A stretch of DNA of 64,000 bases from Eutreptiella sp. 'Long Island Sound 2002' (lineage: Eukaryota > Protista > Euglenida), in contig OZ038379.1 of assembly GCA_964036045.1 (NCBI GenBank), positions 14,136,001 to 14,200,000 on the forward strand. Reading direction: 5' to 3'. This document shows positions 22,780 through 34,472 of the stretch, in pieces (positions within the stretch are counted from its first letter, which is position 1; every line of letters starts with the position of its first letter). The position numbers and the translations under genes were made by a program. The notes under the pieces are model-generated. The model made no database searches and was not told the DNA's origin. It was given only the letters and a program-made list of their open reading frames with translations.

Positions 22780-25371
22780 TCATTTCTTCTCCTGCGTTAC
22801 TCCTGGTGCCGCTGGGATAGAGGCACTGGACGCCGTAATTTGGGCTGGAGGCAAGTCTTCTCTTCGTGGCGTGGATGAGCGTGCTGCTCGATTCTGCGAC
22901 TGTGGAGCATTGATACGGGCTGTTTCCGCCGCTGGACGTTGTTGATCCGGTGTTGGATGAGCCATAGGGTGCATGTTCTCGTATAGGTGTGGTTGATAGT
23001 GTGAGAATGATGGTTGCATGTGGGGCATGGGTGGATGATGAGGAGGGTACCATGGGTACATAGGACTCTGAGGTGGATACGGGTTGTACTGGTGTCCTGG
23101 AACTATTCCTGGTGTTGCTGCAGGTGGGGGTGGTGGCGGGGCCCCCGTGGCTTGTGCTGGTTTGCCTGTTGATTCTGTCTTCCTTCTTTTCGCTGGATTG
23201 GGTGGTTCATATGGATCTCCAAATTCATTCTTTGACCGTACTCCAATGTACTTGTTGTTGCCGATGTGGAGCCATACTTTTTCTTTGCCCTGTGCTAGGG
23301 CATTCCATGCATGGGGATTCACACTGTTGAGGAACCAGAATCCCTTGTGGATGGCTGCAGGTTGCAGCCCTGAATTAAATCCGAAGTGCTTCTCGATCTC
23401 GTTCTCAAGGTCCTTGTACGGCACATCTTCGATTTGGGTAATCATCAGTGTAAGTCCTTGACCTTGATGCTGAGGGTATTGAGGTGGTTGCTGCACGGGT
23501 GGTTCTGGGGGTTGATTCGTTGGGGGGAAAGGCAGCAGTGAGTTCTTGGGTGTTGTGGGTTGCATATGCGATGTGCTTGATCTTTGTGGGGGATTTTGTT
23601 GGTATTGCTGGTACTGTTGATGTTGTTGAGTTGGCATCGGGGTTGGGGTTTGTGGCTGGTATTGGGTAGCTGCTGTAAGGGGTTGATTTGGCTGTGGAGC
23701 TGTGGTGACTGAGTGGTGAGGATTCTCATCTTCCGGAACCATCCATTGGTTGATCCAGTCTGGAGTTTGCACATTCACTGTGGCACCTAGATTCTCTAGT
23801 TCAGTCTGCACCGTGTCAAAGTCTGCGACGTTGGTGGTGGTGGCAAGATTTCTTATTACTGCGTTCCACCACTGGGCTGCGGTTTGAGTGGACATCAGAC
23901 TCAATCGGGTGTTCTCTTCTGTATGAAATGAAAAAGCCAGCATCGTCGCCGACATGGTCCAATCTGCATCTTGTGGGATGGATTGCCACATTTTCTTTAA
24001 TTCGCTGATTCTTTTGCTGGTCTCAGGGGAAGAGCCGACAGTTCGTCCTTGCATAAATCTCAACCAATCTTGCAGGGCCTGAGTTACTGCTGGGATGTCG
24101 CTCGATAGGGCACACATGTGGGCTTTGAGTATGGCCCCGAGTTGCTTGCACTTTTGTGCCTTTTGGAAGAAGTTGAGGATTTTCGCAGCCGCTTTGACTG
24201 GTAGTAGGCGCATGTACAGCTGACGTGCTGCAACTTCGCATTCACTGTCATCCAGTGCTTCGCATTTTTCTTGTACTCTGGCTATGATGTCTTCAAAGTT
24301 GGCGTAGGTGTCGTTGGTTGCAGCTTGTGAAGGGGGATGTAGTCCTGGCATTCTTTGATCTTGGAATGAGGGCCCTGGCTGATTTTTGGGTACGTAGGAT
24401 CGGCTGACTTTGTTGAAAGCAAATTTGTTGTGATCTGTGGAGTATCTCTTGGGAGGTTCATAGTCCCTTAGACCTGAGTGGAGCATCAAGTCCGCTGTTG
24501 AAGAAATTGATGGGGGTTTGATGGCTGTTGTTCTTCGATTCTTTGCTGCTGGTGGAGCTTCCAGTGGCACATCAAGATGAGCATCCAGATTGATAATGAA
24601 CGGTGGATGGTTTCTTCGAGGGGATTGAGCACGGGATGGAGATTGCCCTCCGGGGGATGGAGCACGTTGTTGAGAGCCGGCACGATTTCCTTTGGGTTGG
24701 GGTGTGCCTGGTTTCAGGGAGCGAAGTGTAGTGGTGATACTGGCCCTCAACGACTGGTCAGACATGGCTTGTTTGTGCGGCTTGCCATCAATAAAGTTCG
24801 GGGACCATGGGGGCAGCTTGTGTTGAGAAGTGGCCCATGCTGCATATAGGGTTGCCCAATAGAATAGCCAGAAAGTGGATTCCGACAGTTGCTTGTCTCC
24901 TTCGATAAGTTTGCCGTCTGCCTCCAGCAACCGCTGAAAATTGTACGGATCCTCATTGATGAGTTTATCGAACTTTTCTTTGGCATTTTCTGATTCCAAA
25001 TAATGCGACATTCTGTCCAGGATGTCACACCATTCTTCGTTGGACGCATTCTTGAGCCATTCTTGAGTCTGCATTGTCAGGTCTTTGATTGTAAGCCACA
25101 TGTAATCCGGAAATTCTGCAACCAGTAGAGTCAGGTCTTCCTCGGAGATCGATGCGCGCATCAAGGAGGCGAACATTCCGAAACATGTTGCAAGGCTGGT
25201 GGTCATCGATACTTCTGATACTTCAACCTTGGATGGCCAGTGCGTCACTACTGCTTTCAGGTCCCCATCGGAATAGTAGATTCGGGTGAAGTACCCCGCG
25301 GTTGTGGGATCTACATACGCACGCTGTCGTTCTGGTGCAAGGGCAATGAATTCTTCAGAGTTCATGGTCAA
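22780..25371 (-). CDS. LINE-A ORF1 (863 aa), Gag/ORF1-like, with a C-terminal RRM-like segment
   Basis: Long ORF directly upstream of ORF2. Q/P-rich linkers and a segment LTLMITQIEDVPY..FWFL..W..RSKNEFGDPY. Function inferred from position. Confidence 0.8.
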   Translation of the reverse strand: MTMNSEEFIALAPERQRAYVDPTTAGYFTRIYYSDGDLKAVVTHWPSKVEVSEVSMTTSLATCFGMFASLMRASISEEDLTLLVAEFPDYMWLTIKDLTMQTQEWLKNASNEEWCDILDRMSHYLESENAKEKFDKLINEDPYNFQRLLEADGKLIEGDKQLSESTFWLFYWATLYAAWATSQHKLPPWSPNFIDGKPHKQAMSDQSLRASITTTLRSLKPGTPQPKGNRAGSQQRAPSPGGQSPSRAQSPRRNHPPFIINLDAHLDVPLEAPPAAKNRRTTAIKPPSISSTADLMLHSGLRDYEPPKRYSTDHNKFAFNKVSRSYVPKNQPGPSFQDQRMPGLHPPSQAATNDTYANFEDIIARVQEKCEALDDSECEVAARQLYMRLLPVKAAAKILNFFQKAQKCKQLGAILKAHMCALSSDIPAVTQALQDWLRFMQGRTVGSSPETSKRISELKKMWQSIPQDADWTMSATMLAFSFHTEENTRLSLMSTQTAAQWWNAVIRNLATTTNVADFDTVQTELENLGATVNVQTPDWINQWMVPEDENPHHSVTTAPQPNQPLTAATQYQPQTPTPMPTQQHQQYQQYQQNPPQRSSTSHMQPTTPKNSLLPFPPTNQPPEPPVQQPPQYPQHQGQGLTLMITQIEDVPYKDLENEIEKHFGFNSGLQPAAIHKGFWFLNSVNPHAWNALAQGKEKVWLHIGNNKYIGVRSKNEFGDPYEPPNPAKRRKTESTGKPAQATGAPPPPPPAATPGIVPGHQYNPYPPQSPMYPWYPPHHPPMPHMQPSFSHYQPHLYENMHPMAHPTPDQQRPAAETARINAPQSQNRAARSSTPRREDLPPAQITASSASIPAAPGVTQEKK

Positions 25372-25852
25372 ATTCTTTCAGAAAACACTGATTGACATTG
25401 AAGGCATGCATATCTGATATCTGGAAATGAGTTTTTTGGAGGGGCGTGGTTCACTGTTAACGGTACTACGTGGGGGGAGTGTTGCACTGACTTCTGCGTG
25501 AGCACATGTACAGTCATGCACTTTTGATGGTCTGTTGATCCTTCCCTATTCGTTATATTGTTGTTGAGCAAACTGTGATCACTTGCAGCATGCACGTACC
25601 TGGTTGCGATCTTTGCATCTTGTTCCTGTGCTCTCCTTCTGGATTAGGGTCAGTGCTTTATTCGATTTCCCTTCGTGCCTTGATACTTGCATTGGGTCCG
25701 GGAGTGTGTGCTGCGGTGTGGAGAGGGCTTTACCTTGTCTGTTTGTCTTTTGAATAAGAAAGATTCGATATGACTTTGGATGCTGAGTGTGTTTGGAGAT
25801 TTTTTTTTTTTTGGCTTGATTAATTCTCGGTGAGATTTTGACATTCTTTTCT

Positions 25853-26502
25853 TTATACTGAGTTTCTGTACACCGAGAACATGATGTGCAAGTCATCTGT
25901 GGCATGCAGAGTTATCATATCTGTTCTAATCTGCTCCTTCTGCAGGGACAACATGGCGAAGAATGTTGGTTGGGCGCCGTGTTCAGAATCTCGGGCAGTG
26001 CTCGGGCAGTGCACGCATGAGAGATTGTGGGGCGAGGTGAGAGAACATGTAATATCGTTGGGACAGGATTCATCACTCCCTGGTGTGATTGGACATTGCA
26101 GGTTACAGAATGGTACGTTGTGATTTTGGCCCTGAGATTCCCATGTGGTCTTGGTGTGGGGTGTCCTACTGAATCTGATTCTTTGAGCTGGTTCTCTCTC
26201 CGGACTGGTGGAGGCCACCGTCATCTTCTTCCCAGTCTCTTCAGATACTTTGCTCTCTGTGTGATCGTTTCCACGATTGATCTAGATGTTTCTTTTGAAT
26301 TCCACTCTTTTCCTGACCATGTGATGCGTATACTCTGGGCGGATTGTTGATCTGCATTCTTGAAGAGGAGACCATGTATCATGCACCATTCTTGATTGTT
26401 CTCCTTCATTGAGTGTCGCAAGGGGGGCTGGGGAATTCCTGTTCCACTGTTTGTTCTGATAATTGCAGATGGCGGGTCACTCCTGTACAGGACCACGTAC
26501 AT
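25853..26502 (-). pseudogene. Decayed paralogous copy of the ORF2 C-terminus (may extend to about 27280)
   Basis: ITWSGKEWNSKETSRSIVETITQRAKYLKRLGRR vs ORF2 ITWSGIVLRSKEASLSTEEAVTLSAKYLNGLGRR. EQIRTDMITLHATDDLHIMFS vs EQIRTSMITFRATGELYIMFS. Stops and frameshifts present. Confidence 0.85.
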
Positions 26503-27681
26503 GGCATGAGACGAATTAAGTATGATTATTGCACGTGTTTGTTCTATTATGTGTTCAAGCGCAGCAGAAAAGTGAGGGCTGGGTGTATGCAGAACCTTGA
26601 CATTACTTGTATGTTCATGGCAGTTATTGATTTTACTGGTGATGTGATTCTCTGGGTTGATGATTGATCATCTCTGGGTGACTAAGCAGGGCAGAAGGGC
26701 ACAGGCAGATGTACTTCTGGCATAACTTCTGGTGCTTGTGACATTGTCTGTGGATGCAGATGAATCGGGTCCGATGCTTTCTGTCCGGGGGGTTCACCGT
26801 TGCCACGGTGGACGTATTTGCGGGTCCAAAGGGCTGCAGCATGATTGCATGAGAGCAATGAGACGGGTCATATATTGCGGGCTGCAGCATGATTGCATGA
26901 GAGCAATGAGACGGATCATATATTGCGGGTGGGAAGTCCGTTGGCATTTTGAAAATTTTACTTGAGAGTGCATGCATTTTGGCCGTATGCTGAGGTTATT
27001 GTGGATACTGCTGATTTACTCATCCTGGGCGTGAGCGGGGTTCAGTGCAATTGCAGGTGCGGCATGATTGACGTGTGATACATCTCCACTTCGCAGGTGG
27101 GATACTGATCCGATTCCAGTGTCGCTTGGAAAGCATTTGCATCTGGAAGTGATGCGTTCAATAGCAAAATGAGGGGGGTGCTCAACATTCATTCTTTCTT
27201 CAGGTATGCGGATGCTGGGTGATGCTCGATTGGGGGGTGGAGAGAAAGATTGTACCTTTCCCGGCAAATAGACTGGCATGGCCAGTACGGGCAGGTTGAT
27301 CCGTCCATTGTGGCAGCACCAAGTTGAGTTGATGGACGCAAAAAAAATTTTATTTATGCATCACTGTTTCTGTTACTGTGTTCTCTGAGGACTCGTGCGT
27401 ACGAGATTCTGATATGTGAAGGGACATGAATTGTCACAGATCCGATCAGATTCTTTTTTCGGCTGTTGGACGTCCTCGGATCATTTGCTCCCAGATTGGG
27501 GTTTAGAAACATGAAACTTGGGTGCCTCCTAGTTGCATACACCGCGAATTGCTTGAGGATCATGGGGTGCGCACGCATGCTGATTTCTGAGTGAATTCTG
27601 AATTCTGATTGCATTTACATGAGCATAGATTGATTCGGTTTCATTCTTACGCATCTGGACTTGTTCTGATTCTCTGCATCC

Positions 27682-28032
27682 TTAACTCCTCAACTCCCAC
27701 CACTCATCACCATCTGGGGTCAGCGCAGCGTTTGTGAGGATGAAGTTCTTCTCCCGTGACTGTATTGCACTCGGATAGCCGATGATGGATCCCATGAACA
27801 CACCATGCTTCCAGGTGGAAGCTTTCGTCACCAATAGCACCAGGTTCGGGCAGCGATCCCCAAACAGAAAGACACAGATGGGCACATCCTTCGGATTCTC
27901 CCACTCAGGGTCGATCACAGGGCACTGAGATGCAGGCGTCACGTATGGCGCATTCGGATGTGTAGCCTTGCGACCACAGTCTGGGGTCCACGGCTGGCCA
28001 ATCAGTGGGGTGGTCCAATCAATCGCGGTCAT
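27682..28032 (-). CDS. 116-aa ORF whose ATG overlaps the stop of the upstream ORF1 paralog (ATGA)
   Basis: Minus strand AAG AAA GAA TGA / ATG ACC GCG. Complex, non-repetitive sequence of unknown function. Confidence 0.4.
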   Translation of the reverse strand: MTAIDWTTPLIGQPWTPDCGRKATHPNAPYVTPASQCPVIDPEWENPKDVPICVFLFGDRCPNLVLLVTKASTWKHGVFMGSIIGYPSAIQSREKNFILTNAALTPDGDEWWELRS

Positions 28033-30095
28033 TCTTTCTTCTGCGGGTCATCCATGTGCAGCTTGACCGTCAGCGTGACCGGCACCGTCAGCTCACTCTC
28101 CTTGCCGCTCCGGCTTTTGCCACTGCTCTTGCCGCTTTTGCCACGGTACTCTTGGGTATGGGGGTAGCGGTACTGAGGTTTGCCTTTGCCATACTGCCGA
28201 TACGCGGGAACACTCGGGTCGCGTGCGTCCGGGATTCCTTTTCCACGGGGATCTCGGGGAGTGAACTGTCGGGCATGCTCATCAGAAGCCGAGGTCGGAG
28301 GTCGAGAAGCCGAGGTCGGAAAAAGCGTGTCGGACAAGTTGCGGAGTCGCAACACCAGGTCATGTGCTTCGTCCGAGGCAGGCAGATGGCTCGCCATGTG
28401 AGGCTCAGCGCTGTGCGCAGCAGGTTCGTTGATGGGACTGCGGTTGCTCTGAGATCGATACTCATGCTGGCTGTGCTGTTCGTGACGAGCATACGGATCT
28501 TGTCTGTCAAACCGATCGTATCGCTGTTGTCGGGGGCGTGCCTGTTGTCCTTGCTGTTCGGCCACCACGTCCCAGCCTCCAGTGGATGGGAAAACCCCAG
28601 TCTGTCCCCAGCCGGACGGTTCCGGTCCTTGTTCCGGTGCCTGTTCCTCGTGAACTCCGTGATCGTATCGGCTTCGCCTGGGTTCATACCTGCCGTACTC
28701 AGAAGGGACAGGGGGACTCATCCTTCGGTGCTTGGCAGGAGGCTCGTCAATTTCTTCTTCATCACGATGTTGGGTGTATGCAGACCGTCTGGATTCCATC
28801 CGACCTTCAGTGCGAACGTCGCAATCTCGAGGATGGCGGTAATCGCTGGGGCCATGAGCCGAGTCTCGGGAAACGGTGCTTGCATGAGAGCCAGGACGCG
28901 CACGGGTGAGGACTCGTTCACGTTCACGTTCTCGGTCACGTTCACGTTCACGTGCACCTTCACGTTCACGTGCCAGTTCCCGTTCATGCTCGCGCAGGAG
29001 TGCTCGTGCTGCTGCCACTGCGTGCTCAGAGATAGGTTCTTTCACATATTCTCGCTCGAGTTCGTGAGCTGGTGTCCTGTCATGTGCTCTGGGGCGCTCG
29101 CGGACGACATCTCGATAGGATTCATGTGCACGTTCCCGCACCGGTTCTCTGGTGTATTCTCGAGTCCTTCCACGCATGCGGTCTGGGCTGTAGTCTCGAT
29201 CGAAGCGTTCGCGGGCGTGTTCGCGAAAATACTCTCGAGCTGGCGTGTGGGGTGCTCCACGAGCAGAGTACGTCGAGGGCGAGGTACGCGGCAGGCCACT
29301 CTTGCCTTTTCCTTTGCCTTTGATATGTTGAGTGTACGGCGATCCATCCTGATGCTGGGATCTGATGCGGAAAAAATCACCGTCCTCTTCCAGTCGCACA
29401 CGCAGTTCGTAAGTATTCGCGGAGTCCGGGCACATTCGTTGCCAATTTTCTTGCGTCGTCTCGACCATCCAAAATTGGTGCCTTGTCGCAGCCTGTGGAA
29501 TGATGGCACCCAGTCTTCGCCTGATGATGGAACTGATTTCGTTGTAATTGTCTTCAGAGATATCCTGTACTCTCAGCACGATCGGATTCGCAATATCATC
29601 ATCATCATCCGACAGATTCTGGGGGGCGATGTGCACATACTCCTGGCCCCGGGCAATACCAACGGATGGAGGATTGCTGATTGCTGATTGCATGGAGGCT
29701 TGCTGATGGCTTTGTTCAGGACTCTGTGCTGGGGCTGGTTCTTGGTACGGTTTCAGTCCTTTTTGGGAGGACGTATAGTCGGGAGACTCTGGGGCTGGAT
29801 CTTGGCTCTGGTTCGGTCCTTCCTGGGAGAGCATGTGATCGGAGGACTTTGGGGATTCTGATAGCAATTCTCGGAGAGCCCTTTGTACTTCATCTTCTTG
29901 TTGCTCCGGTTCAGATTCTGGTGCTGGATCTTGCGCATGGGTTTGTTCAATCTCTGGTCTGGGATCTCTGGTCGTCAGGTTTGGGAAACTCCTCCATCGC
30001 CATTGTGGCTCCAGCGGTGTCAGAGGAGAGGCGGCAGACGTGGCATCAGAGGAGGGGACAGAGGAGGGGACAGGTTCTGATCCTGACCTGGACAT
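28029..30095 (-). CDS. Second ORF1-like gene of LINE-A (688 aa; R/E-rich, with an RRM-like segment paralogous to ORF1)
   Basis: IVLRVQDISEDNYNEISSIIRRRLG..AATRHQFWMV..W..RIRSQHQDGSPY aligns by eye with ORF1 LTLMITQIEDVPYKDLENEIEKHFG..AAIHKGFWFL..W..GVRSKNEFGDPY. Has an ARERERDRERE-type low-complexity tract. Confidence 0.72.
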   Translation of the reverse strand: MSRSGSEPVPSSVPSSDATSAASPLTPLEPQWRWRSFPNLTTRDPRPEIEQTHAQDPAPESEPEQQEDEVQRALRELLSESPKSSDHMLSQEGPNQSQDPAPESPDYTSSQKGLKPYQEPAPAQSPEQSHQQASMQSAISNPPSVGIARGQEYVHIAPQNLSDDDDDIANPIVLRVQDISEDNYNEISSIIRRRLGAIIPQAATRHQFWMVETTQENWQRMCPDSANTYELRVRLEEDGDFFRIRSQHQDGSPYTQHIKGKGKGKSGLPRTSPSTYSARGAPHTPAREYFREHARERFDRDYSPDRMRGRTREYTREPVRERAHESYRDVVRERPRAHDRTPAHELEREYVKEPISEHAVAAARALLREHERELAREREGARERERDRERERERVLTRARPGSHASTVSRDSAHGPSDYRHPRDCDVRTEGRMESRRSAYTQHRDEEEIDEPPAKHRRMSPPVPSEYGRYEPRRSRYDHGVHEEQAPEQGPEPSGWGQTGVFPSTGGWDVVAEQQGQQARPRQQRYDRFDRQDPYARHEQHSQHEYRSQSNRSPINEPAAHSAEPHMASHLPASDEAHDLVLRLRNLSDTLFPTSASRPPTSASDEHARQFTPRDPRGKGIPDARDPSVPAYRQYGKGKPQYRYPHTQEYRGKSGKSSGKSRSGKESELTVPVTLTVKLHMDDPQKKE

Positions 30096-30154
30096 ATTGC
30101 AGATGCCCTAGTGTTCGTTGTGAGATATTGGATGAATGAGGACTTTTGTCAGTG

Positions 30155-31195
30155 GTATGTGGCAGCGAGCACAAGGAGCTGGCACCGTACCAGTTCTCCA
30201 GACACGCACGGGATTTTTGACGAGGTACGATCGAATTCTCGGAGAGTTCTTTTTTTTTTTTTTTTTTTAGGCAGCAAGCACAAGGAGCTGGCACCGTACC
30301 AGTTCTCCAGACACGCACACGCATGGGATTTTTGACGAGGCATGATTGAAGTCTCGGAGAGTTCTTTCTTTTCATCAGAATTTATGAGGCAGCAGGCACA
30401 AGGAGCTGGCACCGTACCAGTTCTCCAGACACGCACGGGATTTCTGACGCGGCACGATTTATGTCTCGGAGAGTTTTTTGTTATCATCAGAATGTATGGG
30501 GCAGCAAGCACAAGGAGCTGGCACCGTACCAGTTCTCCAGACACGCACGGGATTTTTGACAAGGCACGATTGAATTCTCGGAGAGTTCTTTGTTTTCATT
30601 AGGAGTTATGATGCAGCAAGCACAAGGAGCTGGCACCGTACCAGTTCTCCAGACACGCATACGCACGGGATTTTTGACGAGGCATGATCGAATTCTCGGA
30701 GAGTTCTTTCTTTTCATCAGAATTTATGGGGCAGCAGGCACAAGGAGCTGGCACCGTACCAGTTCTCCAGACACGCACGGGATTTCTGATGAGGCACGAT
30801 TTATGTCTCGGAGAGTTTTTTCTTATCATCAGAATGTATGAGGCAGCAAGCACTAGGAGCTGGCACCGTGCCAGTTCTCCTGACGCGCACAGGATGTTTG
30901 ATAAGGCACGATTAATTGTACGGAGAGTTCTTTCTTTTCATCAGATATTATGAGGCAGCAAGCACAGGGGGCTGGTACAGAACTGGTTCTCCTTATATGC
31001 ACGAAATCTTAGGATATGATCGAAATTCTCTGAGATTTGGGGGCTTGGAATGTGTTCTCTGAGAGTTTTTGTTGTCATCAGGAATCATATGGCAGCAGGT
31101 ACGTGATGGTAACATACTTTTGTGGTGATCGATTGCACTTATTAACAAGCACATGGAGCTGGCACCGAATCAGTTCTCCGGCATGCATGGAGAGT
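30155..31195 (-). repeat. LINE-A 5' tandem monomers (about 112 bp, 8-9 copies, with an about 342-bp higher-order trimer); putative internal promoter
   Basis: GGAGCTGGCACC at about 30175, 30284, 30403, 30515, 30626, 30745, 30856 and 31156, plus a variant near 30968. Confidence 0.9.
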
Positions 31196-31408
31196 TGAAT
31201 GCAACTGAGAGATAACTAAACAGTACCTTACCATACGAGGAGAGATTATGGCTCCACCGGTTTTCTGCACACACCGCTCGCAACTTTGAGCGATTGCCCC
31301 ACCGGCGCCAGGAGCCATACTTGGGCCGGCCTGACGGGAAGTGGCAGGAACAACAGGACAGTCCACAGACAACAACTGCCATTGGACTGCCCCCCGCCAC
31401 CCCCAGTT

Positions 31409-32352
<944 letters not shown>

Positions 32353-33579
32353 TGGGGAAACGGGACTCGAGTGACCCCCAACCCTTGAAAATGACTTCTT
32401 CCCCGGCCTTTCAGGGGATTTTTGTAATTTTTTTTGTGCTTTTGCGCAGCCCATCTTTCGCAGTTTTGACTGCTGCAAGTGCCACCTTTTTACACAATTT
32501 GTATGTTTTCTCGGGACTTCGGACAGGCACCAATTCTCAGCCAAGCGCCATTTGAGTGGTTCAGGGGGTGAGGCGGGTAGAGGTAGAATGATCGGGTGAC
32601 CTCCTGGGCCCTTCTGAACAATTATCTGTCCCTTCCAGCTCGCGGCGTCAACGCCTGAGCGCCGAGGACGGGGTATGCCCCCTCTGGGGTTCCACCTCGG
32701 CACCCTCTGGTTGGGCGGCCGCTGAGCCATTGAGCTCGTTCTGAGAGGGTGCAATGGCAGGGGCCCAAAACGCTTGCAAAGGGGTTTGGAGGGCTGGGAG
32801 GTGGGTGGGTTTGGCGAGGCCCAGTCCAATGCGTGGCCCCCTGAGGGAGCGCGGATTCCCCTGCAATGGCGAGGAAGTGTAAGCAGACCCCCCATTAAAG
32901 GCCCTGAACTGACAGTCTGCGAGTTCACAAGGGCAAGGGTCTTCGCATGAGCATTGGAGGCACCGCTGGTATGCCCGCAGCTTGCCCCCCCCCCCCCCCC
33001 CCCTCGTTGCGCTAGCATGACTTTATCTCAGCACAGCGCCTGGGGTGACGACCATCGTCAGATTATGGCTAAGCAATACGACCCGGTCTGACCTTCGTTC
33101 TTCTGACCACAGGGTTGACCCCCGTCCGACCCTCGTTTTGCCCGCCCTTGTGCAAGAAGGATTGGGGGGGGGGGGGGCTCCTGAGTGGACATGGCTCCCT
33201 CTCGTTTGACACGCCCAAAGATGCCTGCGCACTGCTAAAGGACTTGCATGTACAAGATGGAGTTGCCATTCCTGGGGAGAAGGGACGACGGTATGGAGTG
33301 ACGGTCTACCGGAACGGCACAGAGTGACGGTGTAGAGTGGCGGTACAGACAACCGATGTGACTGCATGCAGTGACGGGAAACCGTGAAGGTGGGGGTATA
33401 GAGTGACCGTGTAGAGCAACGGTATCGATTGGGAAGCCACGCTTCGCGTGCCCGCATTTCCTTGCAACCTGTCACCCCCCCCCTCCTGTGTGATGTGTGC
33501 GCTTCCCGAAGCTCTGCGGGAGCTTGGGCCGTGGGTTGTGCACCTCCGTCCTCTGCCTCTGCCTCTGCACTCTCTGCAG

Positions 33580-34077
33580 GAGTGGGTCATGAACATGCAA
33601 CTGATGCGCTTGACGGACGGGGAGTACATCCACCACGCGCAGCAGCCCCGCAACCGCTTCCGCCGAGTGATCTTCCGCATGGTGACGTCGATCTGGTTCG
33701 ACAAGGTGGTCGCCGTCTGGATCTTCATCAACGTGGTGTTCCTGTCGCTGGAGCACTACGGGCAGTCGGACACGTGGGAGGCGGTCCTGGAGTGCGCCAA
33801 CTACGTGTTCCTGGTGCAGTTCCTGGTGGAGGTGCTGCTGAAGCTCATCGGCCTGGGGCCCAGGCCGTGGGCGCGGAGCTACTTCAACATCTTCCAGGGC
33901 GTGACCGTCATCCTGATCGTCGTCTTGTGGGCCGTGCAGACCACCGCCCTCAACCCTGTCCGGCTGCTGCGAATCGCGCGGATGTTCATCATCGCGAACT
34001 ACGCCGTGAACATGAAGATCCTCATCACGTCGCTGCTGCTCTCCCTGTCGGCCGTGTGCAACATGCTGCTGCTGCAG
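33580..34077 (+). CDS. Channel exon: III-IV linker and domain IV S1-S4
   Basis: Acceptor CTCTCTGCAG| (phase 0). EWVMNMQLMRL..QPRNRFRRVIFRMVTSIWFDKVVAVWIFINVVFLSLEHYGQ, FLVEVLLKLIGLG, NPVRLLRIARMF. Donor CAG|GTCAGC. Confidence 0.94.
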
Positions 34078-34134
34078 GTCAGCGATGTGCATAAGAACCG
34101 GTCAACCGGTTGGTGGGGGTGTGTTGGGGGGCGG

Positions 34135-34468
34135 GGAAACACAGCGAGGCAGGCTATGGACGGCCTGTGGACAGAGGCGCGTGGACAGCAAAAACAGTCA
34201 AACGACCCCGCCAACAACCAGCACATCCTCAATACGCCAATTATTGGGCGCCGCTGACGCGCAAACGGCACGCCATGCCACATCCAGCACAGCCCCAACA
34301 CACCAACCACTGGGCTCCGCGAGCGAACGCGGAAACGATACCAGCAGGAGCACCGGCCGCAGCGGCCGACAGAAAGCAGCGACCCAACGCAACATGCGAA
34401 GGGAAGAACGGGTGACTGTCCAGGGCCCCGTAAAGAAACAACAACCCGACGGAATGTCACACAGGGGG
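34135..34468. repeat. About 330-bp SINE-like dispersed repeat, copy 1
   Basis: GGAAACACAGCGAGGCAGGCTATGGACGGCCTGTGGACAGAGGCGCGTGG...GGAATGTCACACAGGGGG is shared with 56185-56482. Confidence 0.9.
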
Positions 34469-34472
34469 CTGT

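Larger units (their letters stand above)
15579..31408 (-). mobile_element. About 15.8-kb non-LTR retrotransposon (LINE-A; APE-RT-RNase H) inserted into a (CA)n array, antisense in channel intron 4
   Basis: Both ends abut (GT)n. The 3' tail is (CAATAA)3 at 15579-15596. Contains 5' tandem monomers, two ORF1-like genes and an intact 1800-codon ORF2. Confidence 0.88.

Noticed and set aside
28005-29687. 560-aa + strand ORF
   Set aside because: Antisense shadow of the R/E-rich ORF1a, which has the paralogy evidence.
30155-31195. CRISPR-like look (conserved core plus variable part), also considered for the 47-, 41- and 99-bp arrays
   Set aside because: The variable parts are homologous to each other rather than unique spacers, no cas genes are present, and the context is eukaryotic.
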